A stretch of DNA of 64,000 nt from contig JAHBMJ010000157.1 of the NCBI GenBank assembly GCA_018398765.1, positions 62,001 to 126,000 on the forward strand, in the 5' to 3' direction. The notes beneath the pieces are model-generated. The model saw only the letters and a program-made list of their open reading frames with translations. It did not search any database and was not told the DNA's origin. This document shows positions 1 through 11,600 of this stretch, one piece after another (position 1 is the stretch's first letter; the number at the start of each line of letters is the position of its first letter). This DNA is from Chromera velia (lineage: Eukaryota). The position numbers and the translations under genes are program-made.

Positions 1-227
1 TGCTCTTTGAGGGAAAGTTTAACGTCTTCCATACGTCGCTTTATGTTTTTGAGAGCCACTTTGTGCGTTGATGCCCTTTTTTTTTGCACGCCTCTTTTGT
101 GCATTTTCTGCATTGATTCACAACTGTGGCTCTATAAGACTTTTGTCAAATTTTGCCTTTTCTGTTTCTGATCAGACTAAGTCTTTGCTGTGTGTAGGAT
201 ACCGTGTATGGATTGCACTTTTTGCAG

Positions 228-772
228 GTACCCCGCTTGAGAGGTTGTATTTGTGGGCCCTCAGCACCCAGTCGGCCTTGTACGGGGAGCTGGAGTTTAG
301 GGCGATCAACTGTCCGTTCAAGTGCAGCAATATCAAGAAAGGCTGGATCTTTCCCGGTCAAGAGTGTTCCGAGTTCGACAGCATCACTGATGTCTCCCAG
401 CTCGAGACGGACGTCATGTTCTTTGCAGATAGTCACTAATAAGGAAAAGGGTCAGAAGCCTTTCTCACACCCCCGCTGCGACATGTAGTTCCGTACGTCC
501 GACGGTGAGATGGTCGTCTTGATCGAAATTACTGACAACGCGAACGGAGAGAGGGTTAAAACGAAAGCAAAAGGACTTGGAGAGGTAGTTAACGGGATTC
601 AAGTGGAGCAGGAGAAACAGAGGTGCGGATCCATAGGGTGGTACTGGCTCCTTCAGATTTAAAGGGTGCTTCTTATGAAAGTTGCGTTGATGAGGTTGCG
701 ATACTTTGCACTGACAGAGTACAAGAGCTGCTTGGTAGTTTAGATCAAGTGTTTCAATACGTAAAACCGTAG
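228..772 (+). pseudogene. Decayed terminal exon of a possible Crinkler/CR-type effector with a restriction-endonuclease-like C-terminus
   Basis: After acceptor tttgcag the frames stitch to GTPLERLYLWALST...DVMFFAD / FSHPRCDM*FRTSDGEMVVLIEIT...KGL / HRVVLAP...LLGSLDQVFQY*, with frameshifts and stops. The HP..D.(W)F...VLIE pattern resembles PD-(D/E)xK-like CR toxin domains (recalled, not searched). Confidence 0.35.
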
Positions 773-2523
773 AATTAACTGCCGAGCTAGTCGCTGCTAG
801 GGGTAGACACAAAAGTTGTAAAAAAGTTTTTTGTTCAAGTTTTTTTTTGTCTTCCAGACTTTATTTTAAAGAAATATTTTTTAATTAGTTTTTACAGGAT
901 TATAGAATTATATTGTATTCGGGGCCGGAGCCCTAGACCTGCATGCCAGTTATCTGTAGGGATAGCTATCGTATCGATATCGTATCGTATCGGTATCGAA
1001 GTATCGACTATCGGTTCTTTCTCGAGCAGCCGAGTATCGGTTAGTATCGGCCTGCTTAGAGCTTGTGAAGGACTAGCTAGGTTAATATGTAGCAAGGCGC
1101 ACGCCAGGCCGGGTCTCGGTACTTGAAGACCGGGCGCGGCCTGGCCCAGTAACAACGTATACCGTCCCCCACCGGCCTCATGCATGGATGAATGTGGAAC
1201 CGGCTCCAACGTGCACTAGTTGAATTCAGCCTCAGCAGCCAGAACAGCCTAACTTGGCTTCAAGACAAGACTGCATGTGTATGATGTAGGTCTGGCAAAG
1301 GGGCAATAAAGCATTGTCCTAGACTCATGCACTGCATGATGGCCTATAGACCGATTAATAATAATAATGATGATGATGATGATGATGTATGGGGTTAAAG
1401 CCGGTGAGTCGTATAGACTCTGGCCAACCTGGAGCGTCATACATAGAGTTAAACTTTCGACTTAGGCCCCACTGGGGTAAATTGAATCGATAGGAGCCTG
1501 ACAGGGGTAGGGAGGCGGATGGAAGTGGAGGGTGGCTCCACCTCTAAGCAAACAGGCTTTTGCTTTATTTAGTAGTTCTCTTACAGGCTGAGTTACAACA
1601 CGCTCTCTGTCCCACCCTTGAGACGATTAAGAACTGCCTGCATTTCGCCCAGAAGAGGGTCCCCATGACCGATCAAAGCGCCAGAACAGCACTGGCATGC
1701 CTGAGCAGAGGGAGAAACGAGAAGGAAAGGGAAAAAACAAGTACCTCAGGGGGAACAGAAAAGATGGAGACGGACTCCTCTGTTTCTGTGTCTTTTTTTT
1801 TTCCCCAAGGGTCACGGGCCAGCTAGCAGGCCAATAAAATTCCTTCTGTCAGTTCGTGTCAGTTAGAGGTCTGTCAGATGACCTCTAAAGAAAATTACCC
1901 GAGGCAGAACGGAAGGAGACAAAGAGAGAAAAAGGTCAGAACTCCTAATCTCCTTTGATTCCCTATCTTTTCTGCCGAAGACGTACAAGCAAAGGTTTCT
2001 CTCTCAGTTCAGTTCCTGCAGTTCGGTCAGTTCAGTTAGTTCAGTTGGTTCGGTCGGTTCATCCCTGAGGCACGACTTGTTTTGCAGGGGAGTGAAATTA
2101 TGAGTAGTAAGCATGATAAAGAAATTCAAAAAGGGGAAAAAAAGGGAGAAGAAAAACGAAGAAGCCGCACGTAGCATGCACCCCGCTCACAGACCCGCTT
2201 GTAAACCGCACAAGCACAAGTGCCCCGCGCGCCTCTCTGTACCCGTGCAGGCTCGAGCCCGTCACCTCACACCACCTCCCATGCTCACGCGAGGGGTGCC
2301 ATCCGAGCCCCGCAGCCTGGGCCTCTTGGCGTCGTCCGTCTCGCATTTCCCCCCTATATGCTTTTCGCTCACCCCCCGATTGATTCCGTTCCGCCCTTGT
2401 TTGTTCATCAATCAATCAATCAATCAATCAATCGGATGAAACACACTCGGACTGATATAACGAAATATTCCCCTCAAAAACAAGTACGGTCGTCAAGAAT
2501 GAACAACGACGGGGAAAGAGTGA

Positions 2524-2555
<32 letters not shown>

Positions 2556-2568
2556 GAAGGAAGAAAAA

Positions 2569-2603
<35 letters not shown>

Positions 2604-2645
2604 GAAGAAAAGAGAAAAAAGGACAGACTGAGGGAACACACACAG

Positions 2646-5600
2646 CTACTTACGAAGGCAATCGGAGATCGCCCGTGCACCTGCAACAGGGTGCTTTTTG
2701 AGGAGAAGTGTAAAGATCTCCCTCATTTTCTTCTCATTTTCGCTTACACCCCGTCCCAACTGCTGCTTAGCCATTTGTTGTGCCCACACAATCAAGTCTG
2801 ACTTAGAGCGAGCGTCTCTTACTTCATCCAAAAGCCTATTCATGCGTTCCTTCTCCCTTTTGGTCCCTTTGCATTCAGTCAACTTATGGACAACATCATT
2901 CAGATGGCCACGCCTATGCAAATCGAGGGAGCAGTGCTCGCAGACCGTCTTGACCTCCCCGTTCGGAACCTCCCCCCCCCCCCNNNNNNNNNNNNNNNNN
3001 NNNNNNNNNNNNNNNNNNNNNNNNNNNNNNNNCCCCCCCCCCCAACAGTGCACACGCAATCGGTCTGACGTTGGCCTCCAAACAGAGCAGCCTCCTAGAG
3101 AGAAGTCGAACCATAGGAACACGCCGCCCACTTGAGCCGGTCCATCCTCCCATGACAAGATGGGCCAAGCGCTGTCTAGACGGATGTTCAACTTGGAAGA
3201 CCGAAGGCCTCACTCCATTAGAGAAAACTCTTCCCCATCCTGCCTGCCCTCCCCTGCCCTGCCGGCCTTCTTTTTGCAAAGAATGGGAGGTAGCTACAAA
3301 CCAGTCGTCCAACCATTCTTGTGCCTCCCTATACCTCTCCCTTCTACCGCGAGCTTTCTTTTTAATGCAGCTTTCCCTCCCGGGCCCAAAGGCACCTGCT
3401 CGACAGAGAAGAGTTCAGGAGCGAAAGGTCCCACCAACAGCTTGACGAAACTCCACCAATCGCCATAAAGGCCGTCTTTGCAGAGATCTAAAAAGCCAGC
3501 GGGCACACAGTGGGATGTTAAGGAGAGGCTATATAAAAAACCCCCCACTCTTTCAGTCAAGATAGCCCGTATCGGGTAAAAGCCGGAGATGAAGAGGGAG
3601 GGGACACGAAACGAATTGCGAGGAAGGCCGAAAACCCATCTAACAAAACGTAGTTGCAAATCATCTAACGCTTTCATGTCCTCCTGACTGAGAGAAAACG
3701 CTTCTAGCCCATAAAAGGCCACAGGAATCTACAGGCCCCGAAAGAACATAATTTTCTAGATAATTTTCGAAGTCGGGGAGAGACGACCAAGAGAAACACA
3801 GAGCTCAAAGACCCCCCCAAGTGCCTTTTCTGCCACTCCCAGGCGATGTCTCACAGAGGAACGGAGAGATCTGCCTTCAAAAAAGGTGTAGCCTAAATAT
3901 TTATACTGGCCCGTTCTCTCGACTTCCTTCCCTTCAAAGAAGATTGGCTGACTAATATTCTCCTTGCTGCAGGAAAGCCTCATTACTTTTGTCTTTTTTA
4001 AATTGACCGTGAGGCCCCACGTCGGACAATATTCTGCCAATTTATTCATTCTCGCTTGAAGCTCATGCGAAGCACGACTAATTTAAACAGAACAAGGTCG
4101 TTAGCGTAACCGAGGCTTTCGAGAGGCTCGGGCCCCATACAGATCGTATCGTCCTGACTGACCCTAACTTTCCCTCTTTTCCTCTTCACCGCTACTTCGG
4201 TCTTCTTATTCCCCTTCCCAATGCTAACCCCTCTCAATCTGCCTATCCAAGGGTAGTCACGTGTTCTGCTTTCTATAGACCTCTCGTCAGACACTGTTCC
4301 ATCCTTCTCTGACTCTTCCCCCCCGAGCTCATCCTCTTGGTGAGCCGAGAGGCGGATGTGGCGGTGCAGATTATTAATGAACAGAAAGAAGAGCAGGAGA
4401 GAGAGAGGGTCACCCTGTTTCACCCCTGCCCCTTCCTGTATCTCCCTATCTGTACCATCGACCCTCGCCCAGACATTAAAGTACATAGCATACACCATCA
4501 AAACATTACATTCTAACACACCCTCCTCCCGAAGCCGTCTCAGTAACAGACCTCGAGAGACCTTATCAAACGCCTTAGAAAAGTCAACGAACGCAGCCAG
4601 AAGGGGGAGTTTCCGGGCTTTGGAGCTCGCTACGAGTCCCACCAGCGCCGCAATGGCCTCCCTGGTCCTAACCCCCTTCCTGAACCCCAGCTGGCGGTTG
4701 TTTAATGAGGTCTGTTCTCTCAATCTCTCGTCTATCAGGAGGGCAAACAGTTTCGCAAATAAACACACAATGTGGATAGGTCTCCATTCTGAGCAGTCAA
4801 GAGGGGGGGCCTTTCGGAACCGGAACTACATGGATCAAATTCCAAAGAGACGGCCAATAGGAATAACGATAAAATAAATTAAGGAAGACAAAAAGAAGGA
4901 AACGAGAAAGGGGAGAGGAGCTGAAACAAAGGTCAAGATGCCTGAGGGAAACGCCTCCAATTCCGTTAGCCTTACTCGTATCGATCGATCGAAGGGTACT
5001 GATCATCCTTTTATAAGAGAAGGCCGGGGGAAGAGGGGGAGAAGAGAGAGAGAAAGCAGGGGAAGCAAGTGGAGGAGGAGGGAGCCCTTCACCCTCAAAT
5101 ACAGAGGCCCAGAAATCGGTAAAAGCCGTGGGGGTCGGTCTGTCTCCCCCACCTCTCGTACTGCTCGTTTCCCTCTTCCACCTCCAAATTGCTGAAGGGT
5201 CGGTTGCAGCCTCCCTTGCTAACCTCTCTGCTTGCCTGTTAGCGTGTTCAGTTTCTTTACAGGCAAACAGTCTCTTCCTTGTCCTGCGAAGGGACTCAAG
5301 CTTTCGCTTTGCACTCTGGGTGGGACCTCCTCGGTCACCTTCATCTGCCCCCCATATTCCTCTCAGGTCCTTCCATTCTCTCTCGGCCTCTCTCACCTCC
5401 CTTTGTTTAGCCGAACATTCTTCATCCCACCAGTCTGGCCGGGACGACTCCCGTTCAAACTTGGCTTATATCATTTCTTTTTTTCTTATTTTCCTTTCTG
5501 TCTCCCATCCCTACCCCTTCGGAATTCCCACTGGCTAGGCATGTTTGCCAGGAGTCAGAAATCTGTCGTAACTGCTCTATCAGAGAGAAAGACACTGCGT

Positions 5601-7207
5601 CTGATGGGGGTGGCTCAGGCAGAGGTTTTGGGGGATCAAAGAAGTAAGGAACAGCGTCTCCCCACTCCTGCGCTTGATGTAAACCCTCGTCCCATAAGTC
5701 TAGCCCCCCATTCTCTGTGAACGCTTTTAGAGAGAGGGCCACCCCCATTAACTCATCGTCGCAGACAGGGGTACATCTCCCTACTTCATCCAGATGAGGG
5801 ATGAGTTAGAAATATATTCATGTATAGACAAAGAGGGAGGAGAAGAGAAGTCAAGAGAAAGAGAGACAGCCGCATACTGCTTTGCGACCTCAGGACGTGA
5901 CTTGACCACGTAAGAAGAGAGATAACAAAGAAGTAGAGGGTCAATCAAAGGAATGTCAATTACCGACTTAGACTTCCCACTCTTAAAGGTCCATGCCCCG
6001 GTCAGTCTGACTTCCACCCCCCTTCTTTCATCTTTTAGGTGCAGACCGGCAGCTTGCAGGAAGTTGGACTTCTCATAAAGCGAGTGAAGGATCCAATGAC
6101 CTGCTTCATCAAGATTTAAACATAGAGACTTACGCATGAATTCAAGTGAGTGTCCGTCTGCATTCCTATTCCCTTCATGCCCCGTCCCGGTTTCAGTGTC
6201 TATTTCCCTTTCCCATGTGATCCTTTTTGGGCACTTGCTAGCCAGGTGTGCATTCAGGTCCCCCATTACCATTCGCAGATCTGACAGGGAAACAGCACAT
6301 AACGCCTCTAACAATTCTTCTCTCTCTTTATTTACCCATTCTCTGGAACCTCTATGGTCCGAATTGGCATGCAGAAGATACACACTGAAGACGTGCAGCG
6401 TTTGGGTACGTGAACTATCTTTCCCCCCCCCCCCCCNNNNNNNNNNNNNNNNNNNNNNNNNNNNNNNNCCCCCCCTTTCTTCTCTTGCACCCTGACCGTC
6501 AGTTTGACCAGGTCGGGCCCCACCAGTTCCCAAGTCGGATGGAGAACAGGAATTAACGAGTTCCTGATAAGGATGCACATACCTCCTGTTCGTACATCCT
6601 TTTTGGCAGCTCTAAAGTGAACCCCCATTTTTCTTCTTTTTCATTCCATGTGAGAGAAATTCTCTCCTGAGTGGAAGGCCGTGCGGAGTTTTCCTGTAGG
6701 CATGCACGTCTCAGGAATCATGGCAATATCTACACCCGACAGCCAGCTCTCGAGAGAACCGCCCCTCAACTTCGTTTCTAAGGGTTCCATGTTGAGCGCA
6801 CTTATGGTCAAACCGCTCCTCCTCCCTTTTTTCTTGTCACTATGATTAACAAAAGATTCATACAATTCCCCAGAGGCCATGCTACATGCTGACTGAGAAG
6901 AGGGAGAGGGACAGGGAGCATCAGAAATGGAATCGGGAGATGGAGGGAGGGAAGGAAGGGAAAGGGCAGATAGGGAAATAAAAGGAGAGGGAGAGAGGGC
7001 AGCGGAAGGGGAAAGGGAAGGAGGGGGGGTGGAGGGGGAGACGGACGGGAGAGGTGGAAGGTTGTCTCTCTTACGTCTTTTCTCAACCCAAAAAGATGTT
7101 CGGAGGAAGGGAGGAATAGCAGCTGCCCCTACCCAGAACGTTCTATCCCACCCAGTCTTAATCACTTCATATTCCCTCCTCTTTCCCTTCCCCCCCGTCA
7201 CATTCAT
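2646..7207 (-). pseudogene. LINE pol: APE endonuclease, reverse transcriptase and C-terminal zinc knuckle (frameshifted)
   Basis: APE motifs: ISALN, DIAMIPET, GGMCILIR, FSVYL, MGDLNAH, WTF...SVID. RT motifs: WRPI, QLGFRKG, AAFVDFSKAFDKV, GVKQGDPLS, GYAND (mutated YADD), YKYLG. C-terminal CEHC...H...EC. Several frameshifts and stops. Confidence 0.9.
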
Positions 7208-7212
7208 GATAC

Positions 7213-8652
7213 GAGTGATTAGCCCTAGGGCCTGGCACTTATCTAGGCACTTATAGACGTCAGGTAGGTTACGACCTCTATAACCCTAGGATCTAGACTT
7301 TTTAAAATCATCCTACAACCCAAAACCTATACCAATCGATTATTTGGATAAAGTTATGCAAGAAAATGCCAACATGGTTCATCGGTCTTTGAGGTTACAT
7401 GCATAAATGATCAAAATTGACCTGTCCCTCTCACATTGTCGCTAAACCCCTCGTAACCCTGTAACCTGTAACCTTTTACCCCTATAGCATGTAACCTTGT
7501 GTAATCCTGTGTAACCGTGCATAAAACAAGTCGAAAACAACATTTTATGCAAAAACAAAGGGCCAGACATTCATTTCCATTCATAGTTGGCACTACGTGG
7601 CGTCTTCAGTGGCACTTGCCTCCTCATGATCCAGAGTTGCCCATTTTTTCTCAATTTTTTCATACTCCTCTATCGACAGAAACACGTGGTCCCCTACACA
7701 CCGAGCATTTTTAGGCTTAGCAAAGACTGCGTCAATTCTCATTTTATTTACTCTGAAAGGATAAGCAGTCTGGGAGGTGGATATATTCCGTACCCGCTGT
7801 CTGGATGGAGCCTGTCTCATCACCGAAAACTGCACATCGTCCCCCTCTTCCCCCTCTTTCCCTTGACAACATGGATCCCAACAAGTCACACGGCTGCCAT
7901 GGCAGGCTCTCCAAAGAAGAGATGGCAAAACGCAAAGCAGATAAAGCCCATGCAGCGATTGATGTAGATGGCTCTTGACTCTTGAGCATCTGCGTCCAGA
8001 TTGAAAGAGTGGGTGAAGCCTGGTGGTGGGGGGGATGTGGGGGGGTGTAGACGACAGAGAAGGCTTTTCCAGACCGTTCTGTTCATTTTATTTCTGTTTG
8101 TTGGTTTGTGTCTATTGCGTTCAGTTTTGTACAATCAACATAGTCCATGCTTTATTTCCTGTTTTTGTTTAAAACAGCTGGATAGGACAATGCCATTGAG
8201 TCTTTGTGTTGTTTTTTCTGTCAATGAAGGGATACCATCTGTGGCTGGACGGCTGGGTTGATCCTACAACGATTCGCATTGGTAACTTTAGGCTTGGGTA
8301 TAACTGGTCTGATCTCATAGAAAATTAGCATTTCAGTCTGTTTACATGTTTGGGACATTGCATACAGCTTTTAGCATTCATGTAACATATGGTTTCATAA
8401 GGTTACACCCTAGAGAGCCTCGGTTACAAGCTGAACCTACATGTTTGCAAAAGGGTCCATAACTTTGTAACCTGTAACCCAGCTAAGGGACATGACTTTA
8501 AGGGGGGTAACCTTATATAACCTGAAGACCTATACTGTAAAAATATGTTTTTCTGATGTAACTTAACTTAGTTGACCTGTACAATTAGCAAACTATCTAG
8601 ATTTTCAGAAAAAAATACATTTTTAAGTTAGAAACCTCACATGTAACCCAGT
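7213..8652. mobile_element. Unclassified ~1.44 kb insertion inside the LINE
   Basis: AT-rich block interrupting GC-rich LINE coding sequence, flanked by ATAC at 7209-7212 and 8653-8656. GTAACC/GGTTAC motifs cluster near both ends. Removing it restores one reading frame. Confidence 0.7.
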
Positions 8653-11600
8653 ATACACTCCGGAGTGCGAGGCCCTAGGATTAGCCCCCCGCCCTCGGGG
8701 GGCAAGGGGAAAGGCTCCTCCTCCTCTGCCTGCACCTCCTCCTCGGTGCTGCAGAGGAAGTCAGGGTATCTGCCTCTTTTCAGGGCGTCTCCACATGTGG
8801 AGCAGTTTTTTTCTCTTCTCCCCCGAAGCCCTCTCCGTAGTCCCTCCCTCTTTCTGAGTCTTCTAGCAATCTTCTTGTCAGCATTTCTCCTGCATTTCTC
8901 AAGAATGTCTCGGGGGGAGGTCTCAGGAACACCGAGAGCCCCTCTGATCCCCGCTTCCCCAACCGTAGGAGAGCTGTAGACTAAGTGAAGGCATGAGGGG
9001 GAGACAGAAGAAGCAGAGCATGGAGGCGATGGTGGAGCAGCGAGCAAAGGCTCCTCATATGGGGAGATGACCTGGGCCTCCCGATACTCAGGCTCAACTG
9101 TATCTTGCACATACGTTTCTGGGGTGGGAGGGGGAAGAGGAAGCAAAGGGAGAGAGAGAAGAGATGATGAGGAGATAGGAGAAGAAGAAGAAGAAAAAGA
9201 CGGGAGGGGTGGGGAAGGGAAAGACGGATCAAGAGGAGAAAAAAGAGGAGAGGAAGAAGAAGAGGAAAAAAAAGCCCGACCCACACCCCCACCCTCCCGG
9301 ATACCCCCAACGCACCCCTCCTCTGTTTGAACGCGAACAGGAGGGACATTCATCGATTCACAAATAGGAAGAGGAGAGGAAGATGAAGAATGAGAAGAAG
9401 AAGAAAACACAGGGGGAAGAGGATCAGTCGGTCGATTGATCGAGACGGTTCGAATCGGGTGAGGGGAGGGACCGACCCGGAGGCCCCCCTCCCCTCCGGC
9501 ACAACACCTGCAGGGTCCTGAGAAAGAATCGAATCGAATCAGGTGGGGGGAGGATCCAGGCTGCCGTGTCACAGGCGTTACCCATCCCTCCCTCCCAGCC
9601 CTGTCATAGGCGGATACCCTCACACCAGTACTGGAGGGGGGGAAAGAAAGGAAAAAAACAGAAGAGGGAGATGCGGAAAGAATGGGAGGAGAAGAATGAG
9701 AAGAAGAAGAGGAAGGGGAAGGAGAAGAAGAAGAAAATGGAGAAAAAGAGAAAGAGGAAGAAGATAAGGGATACCTCCGGTAGTCTGGTCTCTCCCCCCC
9801 CACCCCTCCTTATCCGTTCTCACCCTTGTTCTTGCCCACACCAGAGCCGGGGGAGGGGGAAGAGAAGAACGAAGCAGAAGAAGAAGAAGATGAAGAAGAA
9901 GAAGAAGAAGAAAAGCTAGAAGAAGAAAGAGAGGAAGGAGGAGGAGGAGGTTGGGGGGAAAAAGAGCGCTTCTGTGGATCGGAAGATTCGATGACGATCC
10001 TCTTCCTTCTGTCATACATTCTTCTTTGCCCCCTGTCCCTCCGGCCGTGGCACTCTCCTGCACTCTCCTGCCCACAAGAAGAAGGAGGATATAAGATGCA
10101 GTCATCATCAGATGCAAGAGGAGCAAAGTATGAAAGAAAGCGCTCTTTCTTCTCAGATCGGGGAGGGAGAGAGGGCGAAAAGTTCCTTATGTTCCCTAAT
10201 TTCTTACCCCCCCTCTTAACCAGGGTGAAGGGTCGCTCATGCATAGTCACCTGCATGAGGGCTTCCACCTCATCACAAGAAAGGAATCCATCCTTCAAAG
10301 CAGGGGGGTGAGAACAAGGAGGTGAGGGGGGAAATCTATCAATTGCTATCTGTGTGTCTGCCTGCCTGAAGCCTGCCCTAACCCTTTTGAAATTCCCACG
10401 ACTGACTGTTTGACCGGCTGTCTGAAAGAGGGAGAGAAGAGAGGGAGGAGGGAGGTCTCTGCCTACCAAAACTACCTTCTGTCCCCTACCTAGACCTCCC
10501 CCCCAAATCCCTTTCCCGACTCCCCCACGTTCACCCCGGCAGAGGAGGAGGAGGAAGAAGAAGATGAAACCGGCTGGTCTGTAGGCCAAACTTCCCCCCT
10601 CTGCTCGAGGGACTCGTCCCTCTCCTTCCTTCTTTCCTCCTCCCACCTCTTCTATACCTCAGAACTCCTTCTAGTCCCAGCTGGGACCATTCCCCCTTCT
10701 TCTTCACTAAAGATATAACCCCCCTCTCCCTCTTCCTCGGCGAGGGAGAGGGGGGGGGTTTCTTCCAGCGCAGAGGTGCATACAGGCCTGTCATCACCCT
10801 CCGCCCCTTCCCTGGCAGAGACAGAGTAAAGTGACTTGCTTCCTAGAGTCAGAGAAGGGGCCGCTCCGGCCCTTGCGACTCTGATTTTCCTTTTTTGACC
10901 CCCCCCCTCGCTTTTTTGTCCTATCGCCCCCCTCTGTCCCAGAGTCAAACCCCTCTCTCTCTTGCTCCCCTTAATGGGGGGGATGATGGATCCTGGGGCA
11001 GTCTTCAGCCTTTCTCTCAGGACAGCCGTGGGGGGGACCGTCCGAGAATTTGTCTTGCTTGGGGGAGGGAGACGCACGATAGTTGGGGGCTGGGGTGGGA
11101 CTGTCACGGGAGTCGTAGGGTGAGGGGAGAGGGGGGCCGGGGAAACAGGCTGCTGCTGTTGCTTCTCCAGAGGAGTGACGGGGACAGACGAGGCTTCCTT
11201 CCCGGCTGCCGCGGTCTCGCCGAAATCCCCAGGGAAGATGTCCCATCCCTTTCCCTCCCCTCTCCGTTGTCTCCCTCTCAGATGTCCCTTCTGTATCTGG
11301 TGTGTCTCTATCTGCTCATTCATGAGGCTAAGTATCGCCTTCACCAGGTCCCCCCCCTCAGCCAGGGCCTGCTTTGCCGCCTTCCTCTCCACTCCTGTCT
11401 GTCTCATAATAATATCTATCTCTGATTCTCTTTGCTCCTCCTTCCTTTGCACTTGTCTCTCCTCTTCCTCCTCTCTTTCCTTTTTCCTTCCTTCTGCTCT
11501 CTCTCTCTCTGCCTCGATGTCTCTATCCCGGGCTCGAGGTCGAGCGTGCTCTGCATCCTCCATCACCACGTCAACAGCACCCCCCTTCCCGCTTTTCTTT

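Noticed and set aside
2098..2801. Lys/Glu/Arg- or Phe/Leu/Ser-rich ORFs here and at 34331-35086 (3' part), 30553-31065, 53521-53802, 56000-56627 and 59480-59971
   Set aside because: They are translations of (GAAA)n, (CA)n, (CAGA)n and similar microsatellites in UTRs or introns.
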